From contig NC_045697.1 of the NCBI RefSeq assembly GCF_009834535.1, forward strand, positions 33,358,001 through 33,422,000: a DNA stretch of 64,000 nt. Direction: 5' to 3'. A model generated the notes under the pieces. It was not told where the DNA came from. It saw nothing but the letters and a program-made list of their open reading frames with translations, and did no database searches. The stretch comes from Camelus ferus. Its lineage: Eukaryota. This document shows, one piece after another, positions 1 through 12,804 of this stretch. Each line of letters starts with the position of its first letter. The stretch's first letter is position 1. The translations under genes were made by a program, and so were the position numbers.

Positions 1-1589
1 ACAAACAAACAAACAAGCAAACAAATAATATTTTGTTGACTATGTAACTATGAAGACAATTATTATCTTGGCTAGATTCACTATTATATGTTCATTGCTC
101 TTATGGTCAGTTGTCTCTTTCTGATTTTAAGAGAATTTAAAATTAAAATAGACACCATGCCTACTGTGCCTAAAAGTTAAGCTGGCCCTGCAGGTACAGG
201 ATTAAACTCAGACCTATGAAGTGAGCTAAAAACCTATGCCCTTCAGTTTCCTCCCCTCATCTCTGTCACCATTAAATCACCAACCTCACCTTCTTTTCCA
301 CTGCACTCAAACTTAAAACAAAAAAAAAGTGTATTAATATATCAATGTTACCCTGAATTCTATGAGTTTGCAGAATTCCAGTTCCTTTGCTTCCAAGATA
401 TAACATTCCAGAATTAATTGAGAAATGTACAAAAATTGTCACAGCATTTGCAATGCTGCAAAGTGAAAGGATGTGTTTTGTTCATAATCATTTGAACTCT
501 TAAAGCTGTAAAGAACAAAGATGCCTAACCTATCTTTACTGTTCATTTCTGTGTTATTGAACCAAAACTGCCTGCAGGTGCATGGGGCTATTTAAAGGGA
601 ATTGTAAATCGCTTTCATATCTTACTAACGTAGTGAGGATGTATAAATAGTGGCGCATGGCAGATAATTAGTTTATGCCACACATTATTGTGCTTACGAG
701 CATCTGGATATCAACCACTTGGCAAGGCAGACAAAGGAAGTTATTGTGAACAAAATACTACAAGTCATTTGCAAAACGCTGAGTGGTGAATATTCAAGGG
801 ACAAAAGAATATGTTACACTTGCGCTAACGTTTAAGATTGTAGCTAAGTAAGGCAATTTAGAGAAATAGTAACTAAGCTTTGCAATCAGGTAATGGTGTA
901 CGTAATATTTCAGGCAATGGTGTGCGTAATTTTTCCTTTTATTACTTTCTTATAAAAATGATAAGAGAACAAAAGTATACGTAAAAACACAGGTATTATA
1001 TAAATTGTACTTTCCTACTTTACAGAAAACTAGTAGAAAAAATTAGAAATGTTTATTCCTAGAAAAGAATAGATATATAATATGTATGTGGATGTGTGTG
1101 TATACAGTATACCATACTCTGTAAATTCCAAAAGAAATTCTAGGCTACATTGGCATTCTCTCTCTTGTCACAGTTGGAAATCTGTCCAGTCACAGAAAAG
1201 GCGTGCCTAGAGCCCTTGCAAACTATGGGCAGTTTCTCTCTCATATCCCAGGTACCATACAGCTTGGCGGTGGATAGGCCTTGTGCTTGGTACTCACTGC
1301 AACATCCGGAGCTTTGTCTTCCCTACTGTCCAAACAGCTCAGCTTCTCTGTAGGTAACATCTTCAGTATGTGGCCTCTTACCCATTTTTGCTGCTAGTAT
1401 TTCCTGCTTTTCACTACTTTTTACTAGTACCTCAAGTCCCATAATTTTGTCTGTATGGCTCTGCAACCCCTTCCTTGACCATGCTCTTGTCCTTGCTCAC
1501 CTAACTCAGATTCCGTGATGCATTGCCCTGTCCATTACCCTACATAGACCCCTTCACTTTCTCCTCTCTTACTTTATTGAACTAATTTG

Positions 1590-2975
1590 AGAAAAGCCCA
1601 ACCCTGTGTGAACCCAACTCTTGACATACTCTGTGCCGGCACCTGGGCAGCTGCACGTGCCCAGAAATACATGTCATGACCAAAACCCTCCAGTGAACAT
1701 GTAGTGCCCCAGGGCCATCCTACTGTATTTCTTTAGACAGTTTTCTGTCTCTTACTCAGTTGCATGATTATTTCATTCCTTCTTGTCTCTCCTCAAAGCA
1801 TCCACAACTCCTCCCTGTCTTACTCTCTGCTGATTATTTTGCTTCTCAGAGAAAACAGAAGCAAAAAATAAGAGAGAGAGCTTCTCTATGCCCAAGCCAC
1901 CAAGTCTAAAATCCTACGTGTACCCACATCTTCTACCTGTACACTGGCCCCCGTTCCATCTTGTCCATCAAAGACATAACTCCACTAATTTTCCCCATTC
2001 ACTTCACAGCACGAGTTTTTCCCTGACTACAGGTTCATTCCCATCCACAGACCAACATACTATAAAATATTAAAAATAAACAAGGACCTAAAACCCTTCT
2101 CTCCAACCTATGTTCTCCTAAAGCTACTGTCTAATCCATTTGCTTCTCTTTTAGCAATCTTCCTCAGAAAAAGATCTATACTTGAAGTTTCCACTGCTTT
2201 CCCATTTTTCTCTTGGAGTCATTATCACCCCAATCCCATCACTGAAAGAACTCATGTCAGTGACACCAATGGCCTGCATGCTGCCATGTGTAAGGATCAC
2301 TTACTTCTCAGAGCTCACTTAATTAACAGCATTTGAAACAGTTGCTCACACCTGTCTCCTTGAAATACTCTCCTTACTGGACGTCTCAGGTCCCACTTTA
2401 TCTGGTCACCCTCATAGCCATTCCTTCTTTGTCTCCTTTGCTGAGTGCTCATCTCCCCTACCTTCAGAGTGGCCAATGCTCCACTCTCAGTCTGTATTTC
2501 TTTACTCTCTGTGCTCACCCTCTAGGTAACTTTATCCCTTCCTGGCTTTGAATACCATCTATACGCTGACCCTCCAGTCTAATCTCTGCTTTAGAACTGC
2601 TCCTGAATTCCAGACTCACATGTCTATGTGCTCACTTGGCATTTCCATTTGGATGTTTAATAGGCACAGCAAGCTGATCATGTCCAGTACTGAACTCAGG
2701 GTAATCATCCCCCAAATATGCCCTCCACATGGTCCTCTCCAGCCTCATAAATGGCAGTTTCACTCTTTACGTTGTTCAGATCCCAAATACTAAGTCCTCA
2801 TGGACGTCCAGTCTTCCCTCCCAATCCATCTGCAGGAGTTTTGTTTCTACTTTCAAAATGTCTAGAATTCTTCTCATGCTCACTGAATCTACTGTTTTGT
2901 CCAAACTGAAGTCTGTTACTTCGACTGAAAACTGCTGTTGAAGGTTCTCTGCAACTCTCCTGGCCTCCCTATATC
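1590..2975 (+). mobile_element. LINE-2 fragment (ORF2 3' region), ancient and diverged
   Basis: Pyrimidine-rich sequence resembling the L2 consensus, e.g. 2230-2420 'cactgaaagaactcatgtcagtgacaccaatggcctgcatg...cagcatttgaaacagttgctcac...cttgaaatactctcc'. Boundaries approximate. Confidence 0.85.
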
Positions 2976-3705
2976 CTCTACCCTACACACCTGCATCGCT
3001 GTGTAAGAGAGGCTTGGGTTTCCACTCCAGCCATGTGGGAGCTCAGCTCACTGCACAAGCTGCCCTCAGGGGGTTGGGAGTGGACAGCAGATACATATAT
3101 ATATATAAAATTCTGACCAGTTTTGAGCATTTTTCATTTTTTAAAGTCACTTAAAATAAGTGATATTTCCAATCAGAGTAATATATACATGATTAAAACC
3201 CCCAATATTATATACATATATCCTGAAAATCTAAACTCTGCTTTTCACCCCTAAGTTGCTCCATCTCAGAGGCAAAAATGTCTTTTAACCTTTTAACATT
3301 TTTTTTCTTAACAGTTATTTCCTCTATATTCAAGCAAAATACACAGATTTATATTTTCTGGTTATTTGATTTCAAGTATTATCTCCAGAGGTCCTGCTCT
3401 GAGGATTTAGTCCCCTTACCTCCCCACCTCTCTATCTCATTGGCCCTATTTAGTTTTATCACTATTTCTAGTTGAATGAATAAATAGTGCATACATGATT
3501 ATGGTTAGGTAAATATTTTGGCCTAGAGGGCCAAGTAGGGAAATTCTTGTTCCATTTTATTTCTTTTACAGTATTTCCTTTTTCCCTGAAGTTTTAATTA
3601 TCTTGCACTTTTTTGACTATATCCTGGAGTGTTTTTTCGAACGTTCATGAAGTCAGGAATTCTACTGAGGTCGTCTCTCTCTTTACTTCTTTTTAAGAAT
3701 CTTTT

Positions 3706-5005
3706 AAGTGTTTCCAGTTTTATTGTGAAATAATTAAAATATATCATTATATAAGTTTAAAGTATATAGCATGATGGTTTGATTTACATTCATTGTGGAC
3801 TGATTACTGCATTAGGTTTAGTTAACATCCATCATTTCATATAGATAAAATAAGAAGAAAAGCAAAAAATTTCTCATTGTATTGAGAACTCTTAAGATCG
3901 CTCTCTTAACAACTTTCTTTTTTGTAGTTTTCTTTTTAAAAATTTTTTATTGAAGTATAGCTGATTTGCAATATTGTGTTAATTTTAGTTATACACAGAG
4001 TGATTCAGTTATCCATATATACATATTTTTAGATTATTTTCCATTATAGGTTATTACCAGATATTGAATACAGTTCCCTGTGTTATATAGTAAATCTTTG
4101 TTGCAAATACATTTGAATTTATTCAAATATATGTGTATCTGTTAATCCTATACTCATAATTTATCCCTCCCCGGCTTTCCCCTTTGGTAACCATAAGTTT
4201 GTTTCCTATGTCTGTGAGTCTGTTTCTATTATGTAAATAGATTCATTTGTATTATTTTTTAGATTCTATATATAAGTGACATGTAATATTTGTCTTCTCT
4301 GACTTATTTCACTTAGTATGATAATTTCTAGGTCTATCCATGTTGCTGTTGCAAATTGCAACACTTCATTCTTTTTTATGACTAATATTCTAGTATATGT
4401 GTGTGTATTTTATATATATATATATATATTATATATATATATGTATTATATATCTCACATCTTCTTTATCCATTTGCTGATGGACTCTTAGGTTGCTTCC
4501 GTGTCTTGGTTATTGTAAATAGTGCTGCTATGAACATTGGAGTGTATGTGTCTTTACGAATTTGAGTTTTCTCTGGATATATGCCTAGGAGTGGGATTGG
4601 CGGATCATATTATAGCTCTATTTTTAGCTTTTTAAGGAACCACCATACTGTTTTCCATAGTGGCTGCACCAATTTACATTCCCACCAGCAGTGTAGGAGG
4701 GTTTCTTCTTCTCCACATCTTCTCCAGCATATATTATTTGTAGACTTTTTGATGGTAATCATTCTGACCAGTGTGAGGTGATACGTTGTTATGGTTTTGA
4801 TTTGCATTTCTTTAATAATTGGTGATAGTTGAGCATCTTTTCATGTGTCTTTTGGCCATTTGTATGTCTTCTTTGAAGAAATGTCTATTTAGGTCTTCTG
4901 CTCATTTTTTGACTGGACAACTTTCTTACATATCATATAGCAGTGTAAGCTGCAGTTGTCATGTTGTACATGACATCCCTACTACTTATTTATCTTATAA
5001 CTTTT
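3706..5005 (-). mobile_element. Older L1 3' end (L1MA9-like), split by a younger L1 insertion at 3920-4916
   Basis: 'ttttattgtgaaataatt...gagaactcttaagatcgctctcttaacaactttc' resumes after the insert as 'caactttcttacatatcatatagcagtg...catgttgtacatgacatcc'. Confidence 0.8.
3920..4916 (-). mobile_element. 5'-truncated L1 (ORF2 C-terminus plus 3' UTR) with 11-bp TSD
   Basis: Minus ORF 4610-4807 'YHLTLVRM...[26 protein letters not shown]' is the L1 ORF2 cysteine-rich C-terminus. TSD acaactttctt at 3909-3919 and 4917-4927. T-rich tail on the left. Confidence 0.95.
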
Positions 5006-5089
5006 TTCCCTTCTGATGACCTGCCTATTAGAGTCTTCATTCTAGTTTTAAACTGAATGACAGGATTTTTGACAAAAGTATTTATCCAA

Positions 5090-5230
5090 GTTTCATTTTA
5101 TCACTTATAATAAGGCGATAGGACAATCTTCTATGTACCATGCAGGGTTATTATGAGCATTAAATGAACCATGTAAGAAAACACTTTATCTACAGAAAGC
5201 TGAAAATGCATGGTGGTATTATTACTGTTA
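5090..5230 (+). mobile_element. MIR SINE fragment
   Basis: MIR core-like 'cagggttattatgagcattaaatgaa...atgtaagaaaacacttt'. Confidence 0.6.
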
Positions 5231-6145
5231 TTTTTTAAATTGCCATTCTCATGTTGTGTTATTATGTCAATTTCACAAATGCAAGATGCTAAATTCAAGA
5301 GTTCAGAAAGGAAGTTCTTCCATCAGTAACTGCCTGAGCAATCCAGATTAGTATTTGGCTGGTAGGCAGCAGAGTATCTGAAGGAACACAGGCTTTGTAA
5401 TGAAAAGATCTGGATTTGAAACTTGGATTTTTCACTAACTGACTCTAGTTCAGTCATACACTAGCTGTTGTATTGAACCCAAGAACATAACAAAAATTCA
5501 CCTCGAAATATTGCTTTCATTTTCTTTTGTGATTTGACTTGAATTTTACATTGAAAGGCTCTGATTTTATTTTCAGCTTAGTATCTTGAAAAACTTTCTC
5601 ATTTAGGACACTGTGGGAAACCAGAAGAAACACCATCTGTTGACACTGTGAAATCAGCACCCTAAGAAGGGAATTTGAACATTTCCTTTTTTATTATTTA
5701 TTTAATATATTTATCCCTCCCCTCCCTTCCTGTAGCCCCTCTGTTTACTGAGATATCAAGTCAAAGCTAGCACATTGTTTGACAATAAAAATAGTTATGA
5801 AGAGTGAGTTTCCAAAAGGATATGCTCCTGACAATTGTCTTAAGTTCCTTCTCAGGAGTCACTTACATGCTATTGCTGTTCACACTGGCTGCCCTAAAAC
5901 TCACTCCGAGGATGCATCATCTTTAATCCTGTTCAGTAAAATGTTGATTATAATTACCCCTAAGCCACTTGTCTCCTTCTCTCCAGCCATCCATTTTAAC
6001 TTCTAATCCCTGGATTTTTTTTTTTTTTTTTTTTTGCTGCTGATATAATCCAGAACTATTGAGTTCATTGACAAATTTTAGAAACTGATTGATTAAACCC
6101 TATTGAATAAGACACTAAATTTTTGTTAGCTTTCACCCAGGATTT

Positions 6146-6148
<3 letters not shown>

Positions 6149-6176
<28 letters not shown>
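6149..6176. repeat. (TA)n microsatellite
   Basis: Seen directly. Confidence 0.95.
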
Positions 6177-6179
<3 letters not shown>

Positions 6180-6704
6180 CTAGCTTTTGCTTAGGTTTTT
6201 TCTCTTTGTTTGCAGGAATGTTATGCATGTCTCAACAGAGAGGCCATACTTTAACAAAACCAGGCACGCGTTCAAATGTATTTTCAAAATAATAGCCCTA
6301 CCTTTTACCTAATGGACAGTCAAATGACTCACTGTGGTGTCCCTTTTATCATTTCTTTTCATCAGGAATGTCTCTCAAGTTTGGGAGATAATATGAAACA
6401 ACCACGCTTGCCTGTAGCTGGTCACTGGCCCCTGTCAAAATCAGAATTGGGACTTAATGCAGCTCTAGTCCTTCCTTTTTACCAAAGGAAGTCTTTTGAA
6501 AAGTTAATCTGATGATTCTCTGACCCACTGATGAGCAGCAGAAAAATGCAGGCCACCATGTCCAGCCTGGTGGAGCCCTTACTGGGAGAACGCAGGGCGA
6601 CAAGACAGGGTAAGTTGGAGTCGGGACTGAGGGCTGAACGTGCTTCCGTTTCTCTAAAATAAGCTGCTCTGCTCAGGTTTTCTCCATTCTCCAACCTTCT
6701 TTGA

Positions 6705-6860
6705 GAAGTGATGGTAGCAATAAACATTACCTGACATTTGCAAAGCACCAGGGTTTTTTTTTTCATTTTGCATTTCTTTTGACCCACTCTGAGGAAGACA
6801 GATGACTTTACCCCCAATTTACAGAAGAAGAAATCGAGACATGAACAGATGAGGTGAGAC
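6705..6860 (-). mobile_element. MIR SINE fragment
   Basis: 'cccccaatttacagaagaagaaatcgagac' resembles the reverse MIR core 'cccattttacagatgaggaaactgaggc'. Confidence 0.7.
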
Positions 6861-6879
6861 AGTACGGGACATGGTTGAA

Positions 6880-7080
6880 TATCCAGCCTTAGTCCTCAGA
6901 CAGAGGTTAGTTCACATTCCTATTCAGCCATTGATTGTGTATTTCACCTCCTTCTAAGCCTCCATTTCTCATGTAGAAAGTGAGGGTGACAATATTTATG
7001 CAGACGGATCGATAGGAGGATTAGATGGGATACGTATGGTGCCTGGTTTAGAGTAAATACTCACAAATGCTAACTATCTC
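6880..7080 (+). mobile_element. MIR SINE fragment
   Basis: 'tttcacctccttctaagcctccatttctcatgtagaaagtgagggtgacaata...ggaggattagatggga' resembles the MIR core. Confidence 0.7.
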
Positions 7081-8130
7081 ACTGGGGACTCATGATAAAG
7101 CTAAGCTTAGAACCAGGATACTCTCTTTCCACTAAATCACATAAAAATTGGCTAACACAGATTTTCAAGTTTAAGAAAAATTCTCTACATGACTGGACAC
7201 AAATCCGTTTTATTCTGAGAGTTTGAAACTGAATCGGGAGCTCTTTATTTTTCTTTGTAGTTCTTTCTGCTATTTCTCTCTTCTTATGAAGTGATTTTCT
7301 CTCTCTCTCACTCTTTGTTTTTTTAGAAGACTCATCTGTTTCATTTTGTGTTTTCCAAATAAGCACTTTAAATTATTTGTATTATGTTTTTCAAAATTAA
7401 CAAATAAGAAACTGATAAATATTGTTGATGTAGTGTTAAGGCTGAATTTGTAAAGTGAGCCATATATGTGTTTAATTTAACTTTAAACCTTATTTAAATA
7501 AATATGTAATGATAAGAATAAATAAATGTATAATGACAAGAATAGGTTGAAAGCTTCAGAAAGATACCAGTCAACTGATTCTTAAAGTTTTTCATCGTAA
7601 GAAGCTATTTTTGCCTGGATTGTTCTGCAGCAACATTGCCCTTTCAAAATAAAAGTCACCAGTTATTCTAAGCCACAGATATATACATACTCATAAATAC
7701 CAGTATCATAAGAAAATCAATAGTAGGTATAAAATTCACTTTCACAGTGAATCTAATAAAATAATACATACAATTCTTAAGCATTTTAACTTGACAAAAG
7801 CATACATATGCATTTACTTGCTAATATTTTGATATAGAGAGGCAGACATGTGGCATTTTCTTTGAATTCAAAGTTTTATATTGTCCCTCTTATATGAATC
7901 GCATCGATTTACAGTTCGAAATTATTTCTCTTTTCATTTATTTCTTCTTTTTTCTTCCTTTATGGATTTCATTTTGTATCCCTCCCTCCTTCCCTCTTTT
8001 CCTTTTTCCTAGTATAACGAGAGTCTGAAGAGGCAGGGGAAGCAATCAGACTCAAATCTTGATTATAATTCAGGACTTGGTTACGATCATTCATTAACCT
8101 TTATCATTTCACCCTGGTTCTTAGTTATTT

Positions 8131-8873
8131 TGTTACCAAACTGAACTTGGGTTTGCTGGCCTGTGCACAGAAAAGCCAATCCACTGATGCTCAGTTGTGG
8201 TGAAGGAAAGGACAATCTTTATTGCAGGGTGCCGCGCAAGGCAGCTAGTGATCTAAAGACGGGGACTCCTGATGGTTTTCAAGGAAGGGTTTTTAAAGGC
8301 AACATTTGGGTGAGGGTCGCAGCTCCTGGACTCCCTTCTGAAAGGTTGGTGATGAGGTAGCAGGGTGATGTTTGGAGGATCTGCTGGTTCCAGCTGGTTG
8401 GCATCTACCTGCTTGTGCTCAGGTCACCATCCTCCACCTGGGGTTAGGGGGGTCTTAGTTTCTACGAAACTCAAAGATACGTATCAGGTTATTATGCCTA
8501 TCCCTTGAGGAGGAACTCGGATCCTGTTTTCTCCCTGAACTACCATTTAAGCTGTCATTACTTTTCTTGCTTAACTGCTTTTCCTCTGTTTCTGCATTCC
8601 CTCACTTCCCTAATTAGTAACTGCCTGTGCCTGCTCTTTGGAATTCAGGGAAGGCCTAGGAAACTAAAGCTTTTTTCTATAAACAAGAAATATGGAACAT
8701 GAGCAGGGAGTTTTTGTATCCAGGAGGGCCCCCTCAGTTTCAATGCCCCCTTTTCTTTGATACTTCTCAATCCTGAGGGGAACAGGGATGAGACAAGAAA
8801 GGGAATAAAGTTTTGGACAGAGAAGTTCATCGTAAACTCAGCAGCGGAATTCTGTTTGGGGTACTTGGTTTCA
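8131..8873 (-). mobile_element. ERV1-class solo LTR (ungulate type)
   Basis: TG...CA termini (tgttacc at 8131, ggtttca at 8873). Flanks attt/atct give a 4-bp TSD with one mismatch. AATAAA on the minus strand near 8218-8223. Confidence 0.8.
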
Positions 8874-9533
8874 ATCTCTCCAAAACCAAATCATCAGAAT
8901 TATTTTAGCAATCCACATTCAACACTTAGCAACGCAGTGTATTCTGTTTCCAAATGGTATCAAGTTACAAATGTTTCAAGTTAAGTGTTGCCCTGATAAA
9001 TACAACTGGCATATGCAAGTTGGGAACAAAGTCCATCTTGAGAAGCATCTTAATCCAAGGAGGGAGGAGGTCACAGGCATTGTAGAGAGAAAACCATGGC
9101 TGGGAGCAATTGCTGACTAGGGAATCAGTCAGCGCATTTGAAGGAGAGAATGGGAAACATTCGAGCCAATTGCTAAAAGGCCAGATAAGAAGGCATTTAC
9201 TGTAATTATTTTCAAAGCATTTATACATTTTTTAGCAAAATTGATCTTAATAGATAAAATATTCTTCAGAGGTTGAGTCTGAATAAATCCAATGCACACA
9301 ATCCAAACATCTGGGCCACCCATGGAACAGCTCCTTACCTCTGCTGTAAGGTTAGCTAAGTGTAGGGTAAGTAAGCTAACAACTGATGGAAGCTGGAAAA
9401 GCATTTCCCACAATGGGCCATTTAGACATTGCTTTACAAGTTGGGGAGATTGAACGTGTGAGTTTCAGGCTGAAAATTTCTAATACATAAATTAGATCAC
9501 AAGATCAATCTCACTTTTTGAGGTTTACAGAAA

Positions 9534-9603
9534 ATGGGAAGAATATATTCAAAGCAGAATAAATAGGCATGGGAAGAATATATTCAAAGCAAAATAAATA
9601 GGC
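9534..9603. repeat. 35-bp tandem duplication (2 copies, 1 mismatch)
   Basis: atgggaagaatatattcaaagca(g/a)aataaataggc twice. Confidence 0.95.
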
Positions 9604-9639
9604 TATTACTAGCTATTTCTTTTTTTTTTTTAACTTCTC

Positions 9640-10185
9640 TGACAGCATCTACTCCTGGTTTTCCTCATTAGCTGCTCCCTGTTAGTCTTTTGCTAAATTT
9701 CCTTCCTCTTCTTTGACCTGACATGAGGGAGCCCCTCATGTCTCAGCTCCCTTCCCCAGACATCAACTGTCTTTGATCAAATATAACCACCTTGGGAAAA
9801 TGTCCTGACCATGTTAGCTAAAACTGGCTTCTCTTGGAACTTTCTGTCCCTTTATCTTCTTTTCTTCATGACACTTTCACTACCTAGCATTATAATTTAT
9901 ATCTATTTGATTATTTCCACGTCTCTACAAATTGAATGTAAACTCCATGAGAGATGGATTGTGTCTATTTCACTCACAGATGAATCCCAGAGCCTGAAGC
10001 AGTGACTGACAGAATAGACATCCAGTATTTTTTTAACATTTTTTTTATTGAGTTATAGTCATTTTACAATGTTGTGTCAAATTCCAGTATAGAGCACAAT
10101 TTTTCCGTTATACATGAACATACATACATTCATTGTCACGTTTTCTTTCGCTGTGAATCCAGTATTTTTTTTAATGAATGAATTT
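9640..10185 (+). mobile_element. LINE-2 3' end, interrupted by a short L1 insertion
   Basis: 'gaatgtaaactccatgagagatggattgtgtcta...atcccagagcctgaagcagtg' and terminal 'aatgaatgaat'. Confidence 0.75.
10035..10156 (-). mobile_element. 122-bp young L1 3' end (camelid type) with 15-bp TSD
   Basis: TSD atccagtattttttt at 10020-10034 and 10157-10171. Closely matches the reverse complement of part of the element at 47290-47463. Confidence 0.9.
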
Positions 10186-11296
10186 AGAGATAAGAGCAGA
10201 ATGTAAGAGCACTCAAGGAGGAGCTAATTTAGACTACAAAGAGGAAAAATCCTAAACAAGGTGACCTTGACTTCCTACTGTTATCCCCTTTCCTGGAAGG
10301 TCCAGCATAACTCCAATCCTAACCAAGTACCAAGGTGGTCCAAATTCAGGAACCAAAAATAAATAAGGCACTTCTAATGGGCATTGAGCACCTAGTGTGA
10401 GCTGGACACTTGGCTGAATATTGAGCACCCAGAGATTATTTAGAAAAGCTCCTTAAGTTCCAAATGCTTGCTGTTGAGGAAACTATACAAATAAATACAA
10501 TGCACTGATAAGTTTTTAAAAAAAACAAAAAAGAAGTATTGCTATATAAATACTTTATAGGGACCCAAATTGGGAAGGGCTTATAGTGAGCTCGATAAAG
10601 CTGAGTTGGAGAGTCTTGTGCTAATTTAGTCTTTTAGCTAAAACTCTGTATATAAAGTATGTCTTTTAACTTCTCGTAAAGTGACTTGATGAAGAGGTCA
10701 TAATTTATTCTTAGATATTATAAATTATGTTGAAAACTTTATTCTAATTAGCATTCCTTTTCCTTGACAGATTTGATACAGATACTTTTCATATTGGTCT
10801 ACCAAAGGAAATACAGAAAAAAATAATGTAATTAGTGAGGCATAATACATGTTAGAAACCTGACATCATCTGAGTTAAATATTTTTTTTAATATTTACAC
10901 AAAATTCATCAGGCATCTGAACAGTTCAATGACTTTAGATGTTGTGTGTGTAGCAATCAGCTCAATTAAGCAGATAATGTAGGTTGAAAGATATTTTAAG
11001 AAAGAAAAAAATGAAAACTGAAAATATTTTGATATTTCATTTTCATAATCTTTGAGAAAATATTTTTGAGAGGCAGTCTATCAGAAACAAAATTATTTCC
11101 AAGTGGTATTAGAACACCATCCTATATTTCTGTCATTATGTACTCAGTTAATTACTTTGTCTATGCATTTGAAGAAAAACTTCAACTGAACTGAAGTAGT
11201 ATAAACTGATGGATGAAGACAGTATATATAAACCTAATTAGGATCACCAAATAAAACATGCATTTCAAACTGTCTCCTCCATTCCACCTCTGACAC

Positions 11297-11323
11297 AAAC
11301 ACACCACACACACACACACACAC
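11297..11323. repeat. Imperfect (CA)n microsatellite
   Basis: Seen directly. Confidence 0.85.
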
Positions 11324-12049
11324 TTTACCTGGTTAAAGAAAATGTCTCACAGCTGTAATCTTATGTTGAGTAGTGTAGGGAGCCAGAAAACTCCTAAAAT
11401 CTCTTTAGTTATTGTACATACTCTCTTAGCTGATAACTACAACTTTGACAAGCAAAACCAGAAACCCTTCTTTCTACCATTAGAAGTTAATTGTTCATTC
11501 ACATATTCCAATAGGGGAACATATGTCCAAACTCACCCTCCAGCATAACTGACTGGCATTAGAACACTTCTAAGAGCAGGTTTTGACATAGCTTGGGGCC
11601 TCTGGAAGAAGGTTTGAAGGCACTGGGTAAGTGAAAGAAAGGAACAAAAGGAAGAGGTGAAGAGAACTGAGCATAAGGTCTCTCTTATAAGTTGGCTAAG
11701 GAAGGCAGCTAGTCTAAAATTTATTACTTTAAAAAGGTGCCCTAGAGAAACCTCAGGGCTTAGTCGTAGCCAATATTTTAATGCAAACAATATATATAAT
11801 GTATGGTCATTAAGACTATTAAAATATTCTGGCAGAGGACTCCAACCATTGATGAGCTGGATTGCATCCCCCAGAGTCAGAAAGTGCATTAGCCTATTCA
11901 ATCCTTTGAAAACAAACAAGAGAGGGAGGAGGTTTGCTTACCTTTTGGAGAGGGGTCATTGGCCAGTACTGTGTTGGGATCTAAGGCCGACCACTGGGTG
12001 TTTTGCTAGCAGACATTTCCACTTCAAACATACCGAAAAGCCTCAGGTT

Positions 12050-12548
12050 TACTCCGATAGCCATCCATTTACCACCTGTGACCAGAATTCTTCTGGGACC
12101 AAGACAAACATAGTAGTCTCATCCTTCCTTCCACTTATTTCTTTAGGAGCAGGCAGGTAATCCAGTTTCAACTAATAAGAGATGAGAAAAAAATATGCTA
12201 TATGCTAGGGACTTCTGGGAAAGTCTTCACTCCCAAATAGAGTCACCAAAGAAGATATGATTTTGTTTCTCCCACTGAACACCTGTGGTACCATCAACAA
12301 GGAGAAGAATCTGTAACAGCCATTTTGCAATTAAAAAGAAACTCAGCCTGAGGGAATTACACTAGTAGGAAGCTTGAGAACGGAAAGATAGAAGAAATTT
12401 TTGACATTATTGACTTACAGCATTAATCAAATCTGAAACCATTCTATCTCTGAACTTTTCCTTTGTTTTTTTTTTTATCTTTTGCTATAATCATTTCCTT
12501 ATTATTGAAGCCATTTCTGTTACTTGCAGCCAAAATCGTGTTATCTAT
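12050..12548 (+). mobile_element. Ancient ERVL LTR (LTR16/LTR33-like)
   Basis: 'cagccattttgcaa' and the 3' end 'gaagccatttctgttacttgcagccaaaa' are typical of old ERVL LTR ends. Subfamily uncertain. Confidence 0.6.
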
Positions 12549-12804
12549 GTAGAATCAAAGGAAAGAATCATGCACAACTATAGTTCTAAAAATGCATTAT
12601 TAAATTGCAAGAAGGCACAAAACCCAAGCTTATTCCCTACACACCAAACTGAGATTTCTTTATTCCTAATCCTCACACTCTGATAAGAAAACATGTCACA
12701 AACATGATGCAGCTGCTGAATGACTCAGCCTGGCAAGCTTCCTGTCTGGAATTATGTGCTGCTCTGAGTACCTCCTGTCATACATTCACCCCAGGAGCAT
12801 AACT

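Noticed and set aside
11324..11395. Minus-strand donor CAG|GTAAAG next to the CA repeat
   Set aside because: No convincing acceptor with a polypyrimidine tract upstream.
11533..12160. Overlapping 128-aa and 167-aa ORFs
   Set aside because: No protein-like motifs or splice context, and the 167-aa ORF runs into an old LTR. Consistent with chance.
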